Of a DNA stretch of 61,947 nt, positions 46,393-54,500 are shown piece after piece. The stretch is from Clostridiales bacterium (GTDB taxonomy: Bacteria > Bacillota > Clostridia > Christensenellales > CAG-314): NCBI GenBank assembly GCA_022508325.1, contig JAFLVL010000002.1, forward strand, positions 1-61,947, given 5' to 3'. Made by a program: the position numbers and the translations under genes. Under the pieces are notes generated by a model. It searched no databases and had not been told where the DNA came from. It was given only the letters and a program-made list of their open reading frames with translations. The stretch's first letter is position 1. Each line of letters opens with the position of its first letter.

Positions 46393-47460
46393 CTATGCAA
46401 TTTTAATTACTCTATTAATGTCATCTCCTATGTCTCCCAACATCATAGAAGTCACTGATTGTAACTGCCTAACCCCTTCTATGCTTTCAGAACTACTTAG
46501 TTGATCGCCTAGCGGATCTAAAAGTTTACTAAAATTCTTTTCATGTCCATAAAATTCAAGTGTTTCATTTATTACCTTTAAAAGCGTCAGAGGGCTTTCT
46601 CCAATCCAATATTTATTAGTAGGAATAGTATATAAAAGCGAACTTATTGCATAACTGCTAAAATTAATTTTTGCACCTAGTTCTCTTTCAGCATCTGTTT
46701 TAATTGTTTTCAAAAGTCGTATCGCTCGTTTAAATACACCCCCTGTAAAAGAATCTTTGTTCTTTAACAAATCATTAAACCAGAAAGGGTAGTTTAATAT
46801 TCTCTCGTTATTCCTCTTGTTATAAATTTGAATTCCTCTATATATTGCATTGTTTGTTTCGGCATATCTATTACTGTTAAACCAATTCGCTGGCACCACG
46901 TCAACTTTTACAATTAAAGAACCTCCTGATAATGCAATACTTTTTGCTCCACTATTATCAACATGTACAGAAGACATCACTTTTTTTATTTGTCCCACGC
47001 AGTTATTCCGTAATTCTGCCAAATCATTTTCAGGCACTCCTTTGTAAGGATACTGTGGCCTCTGGGGATGTTCAAGAGTTTCATATAAACCAATAATTGT
47101 CAGCAAATCAACATCACTATTATGTCTAATGTGAGTATTATTGGATACTGATCCTTGGTATTTGAACTCGAGAGGAGCAGAATAATAAATGTTATCATTC
47201 ATCTGTTTTAGAACATTTTCGACACTCTTTCTACAGCTAATAATTTGTTGTGTATAATTTTGTGCTACAGGTAGCATGCCGCCGACTATATACCTAATGA
47301 GCGAACTTTCTTGCACCCACTGGTACTGCCTTGCTTGATTAAAACTCTCATACGCTGCAGCATTATGCCGTAATTCTTGTTCCTCAAGTAAAATTCTTTG
47401 CGCTGAACCGAACTTTCGAAAATCCATTTCTTTTAGTAATTTATCATAATCAAAATTCAT
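46393..47460 (-). CDS. CD-NTase / SMODS-type nucleotidyltransferase (CBASS cyclase)
   Basis: Pol-beta NTase motif 'YQGSVSNNTHIRHNSDVDLL' (G-S ... D-x-D) and third acidic residue in 'VKVDVVPA', as in cGAS/DncV-like enzymes. GGAG Shine-Dalgarno inside the end of the upstream gene. Confidence 0.7.
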   Translation of the reverse strand: MNFDYDKLLKEMDFRKFGSAQRILLEEQELRHNAAAYESFNQARQYQWVQESSLIRYIVGGMLPVAQNYTQQIISCRKSVENVLKQMNDNIYYSAPLEFKYQGSVSNNTHIRHNSDVDLLTIIGLYETLEHPQRPQYPYKGVPENDLAELRNNCVGQIKKVMSSVHVDNSGAKSIALSGGSLIVKVDVVPANWFNSNRYAETNNAIYRGIQIYNKRNNERILNYPFWFNDLLKNKDSFTGGVFKRAIRLLKTIKTDAERELGAKINFSSYAISSLLYTIPTNKYWIGESPLTLLKVINETLEFYGHEKNFSKLLDPLGDQLSSSESIEGVRQLQSVTSMMLGDIGDDINRVIKIA

Positions 47461-47461
47461 T

Positions 47462-48061
47462 TTATTTCTCCTGTTTTATTAATTTAATCGTACCATATCT
47501 TGGCCTATCTACTGGATAGTTGTAATACTTGCCATTAATAGAATTGTTATCAAACGTGATTGAAGCTGTACCATCATGTTTATGTAAAGCTTTTAAATTT
47601 CCATTTGGGGCATTCATATAACAATAATACAAATAGATACTCCCATCGTCTGATACATCGATATGCGCCATATAACTCTGCGAATATGAATTATCTGTTT
47701 TTAATGAAATCAGTATTTTAGACCATGTTTGTTTAATCGTTACAGTTCCTTTCCAGTCTGAAGTTTTGAAGTTTGATTTGCCGTCACACAAATATTGACC
47801 ACTTATTTTTTTACTTTTTATGCCGGGTATTATTTGCCATAACCATCTGTCGAATATAAAATACAATGCTGCAAATATAGATGAAAAACCAAATCCGATA
47901 ATCAAAATAAAAGTTATAAAAGGTGATCCAAGATTATCTGACAGCCTTCTTACAATAAAATCACACAACGGGGTTAAAACCAAATTAAGAATCATTGATA
48001 GTATTGTAATAATAACAATACTTAGTCTTCGATGACATTTATTTGATGTATACTTATGCAT
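47462..48061 (-). CDS. 2TM plus beta-rich effector, Cap15-like (CBASS effector)
   Basis: Two N-terminal TM helices followed by a roughly 125-aa beta-strand-patterned domain ('GTVTIKQTWSKILISLKT', 'SIYLYYCY', 'GTASITF', 'GTIKLIK'). Its stop is 1 nt from the NTase ATG. Confidence 0.5.
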   Translation of the reverse strand: MHKYTSNKCHRRLSIVIITILSMILNLVLTPLCDFIVRRLSDNLGSPFITFILIIGFGFSSIFAALYFIFDRWLWQIIPGIKSKKISGQYLCDGKSNFKTSDWKGTVTIKQTWSKILISLKTDNSYSQSYMAHIDVSDDGSIYLYYCYMNAPNGNLKALHKHDGTASITFDNNSINGKYYNYPVDRPRYGTIKLIKQEK

Positions 48062-48294
48062 TAAACTTCACCCTCTAGCTTTTCTCATGCAGACATAGCA
48101 ACTCTATATTTAATGATCTGCACCAGACACAAATTAACATTTTGTTAAGACATTTCTCGCACCAATCTCAATTAGATATAGCTGACAATGAGATTCAATG
48201 GATTGTCTTTTTTTGTTATTTATTTAATATACCTGGTATAGTATAAAAAAGTTAAGTTTATTTAAAAATTAAGAAAAATTTTTATTAAAACTAA

Positions 48295-48486
48295 TCACTG
48301 CACCATTTTGTTTCTACGAATTAGCTAAATAAAGGTGCGGATCTACGTTCTGTTCAAGCAATACTTGCTCAAACTAGCGTAGCAACCACTCAAATTTATA
48401 CAGAAGTTAGTACAAACCGTAAAAAACAAGTTTTAAAAAAAATTATAGAAATAAGTTGTGATAATATTTTGAAATTTATTGACTGA
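48295..48486 (+). pseudogene. C-terminal remnant of a tyrosine recombinase/integrase
   Basis: Translates to SLHHFVSTN*LNKGADLRSVQAILAQTSVATTQIYTEV... versus the family pattern LRH-FAT-LL--GADLR-VQ-LLGH-S--TTQIYTHV. It has an in-frame TAG, Arg to His and His to Gln substitutions at catalytic positions, and no upstream gene body. Confidence 0.7.
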
Positions 48487-48735
48487 AAATTATTTGGCAC
48501 AATTTGGGCACAAAGTTGGCAGAAAAATGCGGATGCTTTTTATTTTGAAGCCTGCTATAATATGGACAAACAAACGGTCAAATCAAGTTTGACACTCAAT
48601 TTGACCGTTTGGATTTAATAATAGTTATTTGTTATATTTTTCACGTTTGTACTTTATTATTTGATAATCATGCATCGCTAACGTAAAAGAAAAGGAGGTC
48701 ATTAAACGTTAGCAAAATACAATGTATAGTAATAT

Positions 48736-48809
48736 CTAATTAGTCAGCATCCACTTGGCGTAGATGCCGTAGCCGCGCGTAGGGTCGTTAACGAATACGT
48801 GGGTGACTG
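48736..48809. repeat. spoIVB 3'-end copy inside the intact gene (partner of 38195-38268)
   Basis: 74-nt alignment with 9 mismatches, all synonymous (8 at third codon positions plus one TTG/CTG Leu). Confidence 0.75.
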
Positions 48810-49842
48810 CGCCTACGAGCTTACCATTCTGAACGATGGGGCTACCGCTCATGCCTTGCACTATTCCGCCTGTTTTCTCCAAAAGCTCCTTGTCGGTTAC
48901 GTGAATGACCATTCCCTTGTCATCGCGGGAGGACTGTGGCGTTGCCTTAACAATCTCAATCTCGTAACTTTTGCGCACGTTGTCGTCCAATGTACAGTAA
49001 ATCAGCGCCTTGCCCGGTCTCACTTCTGAAACATCTGCTACGGCAATAGTTTTGGCGCAGAACTGCGGCAAACTGTTGAAAGTGCCAAAGGCTCCGAACT
49101 TATTATTAGTGTAGATATTGCCTGTGCGTTCATCAAAGCAAAAGCTTCCTTTGAGTTCGCCTGCTGCGCCCTTTTTGCCCTTCTCAATCCCATCAATCGA
49201 GCAATTGAACACACCCCCGTTGCTACAATTAACCGTGTTGCCCTGTGGATCGCATATCGGATGTCCAAGACTGCCAAAATTCAAATTTTTACGTACATAA
49301 GTCAACGTTCCGATACCGCTGCTAGAATCGCGCGTCCACAGACCCAGACGGTATTGCCCCGCCGTGAGATCTTTCTGCGGAGTTATAGTTGATTCCTGTA
49401 TTTTGCCATCGCGAAGGAACTTGACAGGCAAAGGGTTGCCTTTTGATGCATTTGCTATCTCCGTCAACTTACTCGAACCGTAAATCTTGCGACCGTTTAG
49501 CTCCACTATCACGTCATTAATTGCGATTCCCGCCGTTAATGCCGGACAACACAACTTGCCGTCTTGATTGACGAATTCATTGAGTCCAATTACCGTGACC
49601 CCATCGCCGTCGAGAGTTATGCCAAGAGGATAACCGCCAAGATAGACCTCTTCATCGATTTTCGTCGGTCTATTGCCCGTAAAAAGATTACCAACCTCGT
49701 CAAAAAAGCTGCCGTCAGCGGCGGTTTGCATAGCGACCACGTCTTGCGCAACTATATTAGTCTCAGCATGGGCTACAAGTAGTCCAAATTGTAACATGAA
49801 TATAAAACTCAATAAAAATAGCAGGAATTTCTTCATAGACAC
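48736..49842 (-). CDS. spoIVB: SpoIVB signalling serine peptidase (S55)
   Basis: Signal anchor, PDZ region, and catalytic block 'GGIVQGMSGSPIVQNGKLVGAVTHVFVNDPTRGYG', nearly identical in pattern to B. subtilis SpoIVB. Confidence 0.85.
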   Translation of the reverse strand: MSMKKFLLFLLSFIFMLQFGLLVAHAETNIVAQDVVAMQTAADGSFFDEVGNLFTGNRPTKIDEEVYLGGYPLGITLDGDGVTVIGLNEFVNQDGKLCCPALTAGIAINDVIVELNGRKIYGSSKLTEIANASKGNPLPVKFLRDGKIQESTITPQKDLTAGQYRLGLWTRDSSSGIGTLTYVRKNLNFGSLGHPICDPQGNTVNCSNGGVFNCSIDGIEKGKKGAAGELKGSFCFDERTGNIYTNNKFGAFGTFNSLPQFCAKTIAVADVSEVRPGKALIYCTLDDNVRKSYEIEIVKATPQSSRDDKGMVIHVTDKELLEKTGGIVQGMSGSPIVQNGKLVGAVTHVFVNDPTRGYGIYAKWMLTN

Positions 49843-49982
49843 CTCAAAACACTAAGCATAGTTTGTGAATTTGAACTGCTATTATTCGCTAATTATCAAT
49901 AAAAAAATAGTCAGAAGCAATAAAAATCCGCAGAGATTGTCTGCGGATAAATTATAATTTGTAAATACTATCAAGTTATATG

Positions 49983-52040
49983 TTAAAAACCGATTCTGGC
50001 GCGTTTCGGAACGCTATTTACGACAAACTCCTTGTCTGCGCTTGCGTGTTCAAAATCATCGCGAGTAAGTACAATGTCGCTCTTTCCGCCAAGTTGACAA
50101 CGCATTGCCGCCTTTGCCCACGTACGTTCGAACAAATTGCGCACGTAACGGGCGTTTGAGAAATCCTTTGAGGAGAGTGTCGAGTCTGGCAAATCCATAA
50201 AAAATTTACGCGCCGATTCAAAGAGTCCTTCGTCACATTTGAATTTGTCTTTGACCATAGATACGAAAATTTCATAAAGCTGTTCGCGCGTGAAATTGGG
50301 GAATTCAATCGTATAGGGCATTCTACTCGCAAGTCCTAGATTGCCGTTCATCAGCTTGTTCATTTCGTCGGTATAGCCCGCCAAAATGACTACAAAGTCG
50401 TTGCGATGATTTTCCATTTCTGCAATCAAGGTATCTAACGCTTCTCTGCCGTAGTCCTTATTGTCGGGGTCATTACTGCGATAGAGAGTATAAGCTTCGT
50501 CAATGAACAGCACCGAGCCATAAGCGTCGCGACAAATGCTTGAGGTTTTGGGAGCAGTTTCGCCGATATATCTTCCGCAGAAATCTCTGCCTGCATACTC
50601 GAAGAATGCGCCGACACGCAGTATTCCCTTTTCCTTCAAAATCTTGCCGATAATACGCGCAACGGTCGTTTTGCCTGTGCCGGGGTTACCCACAAAACGC
50701 ATGTGAATGCATGGACGGTCAGCCGAACCGCTTTTGACTGAGAGTTCTATTTGAGCGATTATCTCCTCTACTCTCTGCTTGATACCGTCCACGCCAACTA
50801 GCTTGTTGAGTTGCTCTGCGCCGGATAAATTGGCATCGCTTATGTCGCTGCAAAGTAATTTTGCATCATTTACGCCAATCTGATTGCTTTTTTCCGTTTT
50901 ATGCGAATTGGCGATATGCTTTTGGTACACTAGCTCACGCACGACTTTTTTTACAGTTTTGATACCGTAAAACTTGCCGTCGCTCTTTTCTTCAGAGATA
51001 CGATCGAAGAAAAATTTCCAGGCAGAGTTCGTCATGGCGAAATTGTAATGTTTCAACTCTGCTTCTGCGCACGCTTTAACCTCGTCTTGGCTGAGCGGCG
51101 GGAAGGATACCGTCTTGACGCTCACCAAGTCGGAAAGTGAATACTTGATTCTTGCGAGAACGTCTTTGTCAACAAATGGCACTCTAAACGCTAAAATGTG
51201 ATCGTTAGCACACTTCTCAACCGTGCGTAAAAACTGCTTGAAGAAGCGGCTATTGGTCTTGTCCATCCATTCACTGATATCGACACAAACAACCTTTACG
51301 CTATCGGGAGCGCCGCTTTCGACAGCGTGACGAGCATCTTCAAAGGGCTCGGCGCTTTCGCGATATACGTCCAGGCGCGCCTCGCGTACCGGACGTGATG
51401 ACATTTCGCAGAGATGAAGCTCGCCTAGCAACTCAGCCAGTAGATTCAAATATGTAGAAAGTCCGCAACCGTCGCCAATTGAGAACAGATAACACTGATT
51501 CATCAATACTTCGTAGGTCTTAGTGCGCTTGATTTCATCTGAAATGCTGGCGATTTCCTTGCAGAGCGCCTTGAATTCAGTCGCCCCAACAAGTCCGCTG
51601 ATTTTATCAAGGACCGTAGGAGTTTTTTCCGAAGTAGTTGCCGTTGAGGGAGCGCATCCGTCTGAGCCGCTTACTCTGCGAGCAAACTTTTCAAATTCGT
51701 CAAGGTCGTCATCGGACTTTTCGGGCGGGTTTGCTGTGGTTGAAACGTCGCCGCCTTTGAAATCCACTTCTTGAAATACCAATACGTCATAGGCTGATAC
51801 TTCTGGATAGCGGACGGCAAACAAATCCATAATAGAGCTTACTAGTTCGCCACAATTCCCAACAGTCGTGTCAAAAAGTACCGATACTGACGTAAAAGAG
51901 CTATAATATAAAGTCAAATTCTCGAATTTGGCCACTTCTGCCTTTATAATGTCGGTAGGCAACTGCGCATCGAATTGATGCTTCAACACCCAATTCCTGT
52001 CCAACCCAATGTTCAAGATTTTCTTCTGATGTTCAGCCAT
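49983..52040 (-). CDS. AAA+ ATPase of the SpoVK/CbbX family with a long N-terminal extension
   Basis: C-terminal module with Walker A 'GNPGTGKTTVARIIGKIL' and Walker B 'VLFIDEAY'. The first roughly 430 aa have no motif I recognise. The ATG at 52040 has GGAG 6 nt upstream. Confidence 0.7.
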   Translation of the reverse strand: MAEHQKKILNIGLDRNWVLKHQFDAQLPTDIIKAEVAKFENLTLYYSSFTSVSVLFDTTVGNCGELVSSIMDLFAVRYPEVSAYDVLVFQEVDFKGGDVSTTANPPEKSDDDLDEFEKFARRVSGSDGCAPSTATTSEKTPTVLDKISGLVGATEFKALCKEIASISDEIKRTKTYEVLMNQCYLFSIGDGCGLSTYLNLLAELLGELHLCEMSSRPVREARLDVYRESAEPFEDARHAVESGAPDSVKVVCVDISEWMDKTNSRFFKQFLRTVEKCANDHILAFRVPFVDKDVLARIKYSLSDLVSVKTVSFPPLSQDEVKACAEAELKHYNFAMTNSAWKFFFDRISEEKSDGKFYGIKTVKKVVRELVYQKHIANSHKTEKSNQIGVNDAKLLCSDISDANLSGAEQLNKLVGVDGIKQRVEEIIAQIELSVKSGSADRPCIHMRFVGNPGTGKTTVARIIGKILKEKGILRVGAFFEYAGRDFCGRYIGETAPKTSSICRDAYGSVLFIDEAYTLYRSNDPDNKDYGREALDTLIAEMENHRNDFVVILAGYTDEMNKLMNGNLGLASRMPYTIEFPNFTREQLYEIFVSMVKDKFKCDEGLFESARKFFMDLPDSTLSSKDFSNARYVRNLFERTWAKAAMRCQLGGKSDIVLTRDDFEHASADKEFVVNSVPKRARIGF

Positions 52041-52129
52041 ATTCATCTCCAAAACTGTATTTTGCGGTAAAAGTGTTGCATTTGTATAACTAGCACAGCG
52101 TGTTCAGGCTATATTATTGATGAGATTAG

Positions 52130-53845
52130 CTATTTTTTCAGATTATTTTTGTAATTGGCAGACCAATCAAGTAGCTCCTTTGCATTGACAATTGCGTGTT
52201 CGCCAACGCTACCCATTAGGCGCGAAACTTCTCTTGCGCGCTGCTCGTAGTCCGTCAATACATCTACTGCCGTATAAGTCCTGCCATCTTTTTCGTACTT
52301 TCGTATATACAAATTGACGTCAGCCATAGCTGCAATCTGTGGAAGGTGAGTGATTACCACGCATTGATAACCGTCATTTTTATTAGTTGAAACATTTGCC
52401 AGCTTATTGGCAACCATTTGCGCCATATTGCCGGAAATTCCCGTATCGATTTCATCAAATACCATAGTTGGGATTTTTTCCGCAAGAGCCGTAATATTCT
52501 TTACTGCCAGCATAAACCGCGACATTTCGCCACCGGAAATGACCTTCGAGAGAGGTTTTAAGGGTTCGCCTACGTTTGCCGACATCAAAAACTCCACCTT
52601 ATCAAAACCGTCTGCAGACGGCGAAGCGGAATACTCGTCATAGCTCGGCTCGTCGTTAAATTGCACTGTGAAATTCGTTCCGCGCATACCAAGATCATTC
52701 AGTTCCTGCATTATTTGCGCAGCAAGCTTCTGTGCGGTATCTCGCCTCATTGCCGACTTTTTTTGAGCTAGCTTGTACATTTGCGTCACAACCTTGCGCT
52801 TTTCAGCATTGAGCTGCTCGATACGTTCGCTGGAATTCAAGAGGTTGTCGTATTGCTTTTGGGCAGATTCAAGGAACTTCAAAACATCGGCAACACTGCC
52901 GCCGTATTTGCGCTTCAGTTGGCGTATTTTTTCCAGACGCCCTTCCATTTTGTCGACTTCCGCTGGGCTGAAATCCGTAGCCGAAAGAACGCTATCCAAC
53001 TGATCTGCCACGTCGTCAATCTCCAAACGCACTGACAGCAACCGCTCGGATAATTCGTCGGCACCATCCTCCAAGTTTGAGATAGAGCGCAACAAATTGA
53101 CACTTTGCGAAACTTGCGCACTAGCACCCTGTTCACCCTGCAATAATGCGACTGTTTGGTTAAGCGCAGTACTGATCTTCTCTACATTGACCATGCGTTT
53201 ATGCATAGAAAGCAGCTCGTCCTCTTCTTCCTCGCTGAGGTCGGTAGCAACAATCTCGTCGATTTGGTATTTCAGTATATCAAGCAGTCGTTCGCGCTCG
53301 GCGTCACTTCCCCCAAAACTCTTCAATTCTTTGTTAATTGCCGTGAGTTGTGGGTATAATTCCGTTTTCAGCTGTATGTCGATTCCCCCGAAATCGCAAA
53401 AGGCGTCGAGAACCGAAAGCTGATTTTTTTCGTTCAAAAGAGCCAAGTGCTGACCTTGCCCAAAGATATCCACAAGCTCCGCGCAAACTTCCTTGAGTAT
53501 CGCCTGTGTGGTAGTCTTGCCTTGTATACGAATTTCGTTCTTGCCCGACGTTGACATTTTGCGATAAATCAATATCTCGCAGTCATTTCCATAGCCGTAT
53601 TCGTCGAGCTTAGAGAGCACAGCTGAATGTGGGTCGACCTCAAAAAGCGCCGTAACTTCGGCATAATCCTGACCGTACTTGATAAGAGTTTTGTCTGCTC
53701 TATCGCCCAAAACAAAAGCGAGCGAATCGATAATGATAGATTTACCACTACCTGTTTCGCCGGACAATACTGTCAAACCCTCTTGAAACTCAATGTCAAG
53801 ATGGTCAATGAGCGCTATGTTGTTAATCGTCAATTGTCTAATCAT
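52130..53845 (-). CDS. recN: DNA repair protein RecN
   Basis: SMC-like architecture: Walker A 'GETGSGKS', a long coiled coil, C-terminal 'SGGEMSR' signature and 'MVFDEIDTG' Walker B. Confidence 0.9.
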   Translation of the reverse strand: MIRQLTINNIALIDHLDIEFQEGLTVLSGETGSGKSIIIDSLAFVLGDRADKTLIKYGQDYAEVTALFEVDPHSAVLSKLDEYGYGNDCEILIYRKMSTSGKNEIRIQGKTTTQAILKEVCAELVDIFGQGQHLALLNEKNQLSVLDAFCDFGGIDIQLKTELYPQLTAINKELKSFGGSDAERERLLDILKYQIDEIVATDLSEEEEDELLSMHKRMVNVEKISTALNQTVALLQGEQGASAQVSQSVNLLRSISNLEDGADELSERLLSVRLEIDDVADQLDSVLSATDFSPAEVDKMEGRLEKIRQLKRKYGGSVADVLKFLESAQKQYDNLLNSSERIEQLNAEKRKVVTQMYKLAQKKSAMRRDTAQKLAAQIMQELNDLGMRGTNFTVQFNDEPSYDEYSASPSADGFDKVEFLMSANVGEPLKPLSKVISGGEMSRFMLAVKNITALAEKIPTMVFDEIDTGISGNMAQMVANKLANVSTNKNDGYQCVVITHLPQIAAMADVNLYIRKYEKDGRTYTAVDVLTDYEQRAREVSRLMGSVGEHAIVNAKELLDWSANYKNNLKK

Positions 53846-53869
53846 ATCTCTTGTGAAATGTGTAGGCTT

Positions 53870-54322
53870 TTACTTGCACGCCTCGTCAATTCTACTTTTG
53901 ACTGCTTCGGCATCGTCGGCATTTGAACAGACAACGAGTACGCAACTCCTGTCTGCCAATATACCTACCGCTTCTGTTATAGACATCTGCTCAATTGCTC
54001 CCGACACAGCTTGGGCACTGTCGCTAATAGTTTTAACGACCACGAGATTACCTGCCGTAACTACTGAGATCACAGCCTCACGCACGACGTTCATCAATTT
54101 GTCGGGTACCCTAGCATCTATAGTTTGCTTGGTAACGTATTTGTACTTATTGTCGGCGGTGAGAGTTTTTATCAGTCCTAACTCTTTAATATCCCGAGAA
54201 ATAGTCGCCTGCGTAATGTCAAATCCAGCCAAACGCAGTTCGCTGACAAGCTCGTCCTGCGTTTCAATATCACGCGACGAAATAATGCTTAAAATTTTAG
54301 ATTGTCTAGATGAACGCGACAT
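53870..54322 (-). CDS. argR: arginine repressor
   Basis: 'ETQDELVSELRLAGFDITQATISRDIKELGLIK' wHTH and a C-terminal oligomerisation domain. The ATG at 54322 (AGAGG Shine-Dalgarno) is preferred over the GTG at 54349. Confidence 0.85.
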   Translation of the reverse strand: MSRSSRQSKILSIISSRDIETQDELVSELRLAGFDITQATISRDIKELGLIKTLTADNKYKYVTKQTIDARVPDKLMNVVREAVISVVTAGNLVVVKTISDSAQAVSGAIEQMSITEAVGILADRSCVLVVCSNADDAEAVKSRIDEACK

Positions 54323-54500
54323 ACATGCCTCTTTTTGCCACTTTTTCACTTATTTCAATATATTATGTCTATCATAGTATTCTATATTTTGTTAAAAACG
54401 AGAATAATTCCGCAATTCTCAATGGCAAAATAGCTATTTTAGCCCAAAATCCATTAAAATAAGGTCTGTTGTATAATTATATATTATTTTTTGTATCAAT

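Larger units (their letters stand above)
38195..48809. mobile_element. integrated genomic (defence) island at the spoIVB 3' end, integrase decayed
   Basis: Flanking 74-bp direct repeats, an integrase C-terminal remnant at 48295-48486, a visibly AT-richer interior (especially 40100-48300), and toxin/defence-type cargo. Confidence 0.65.

Noticed and set aside
48130-48175. A second 'LLRHFSHQ' peptide in a plus-strand frame looked like another integrase box II fragment.
   Set aside because: It is a short isolated match, not followed by the GADLR...LGH...Y block, and it overlaps the likely promoter and Shine-Dalgarno region of the CBASS effector. It is probably coincidental.
53793-54377. A 194-aa plus-strand ORF runs antisense to argR and the end of recN.
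   Set aside because: It lies entirely antisense to two confidently identified genes, has a Ser/Thr/Leu-rich composition and has no Shine-Dalgarno.
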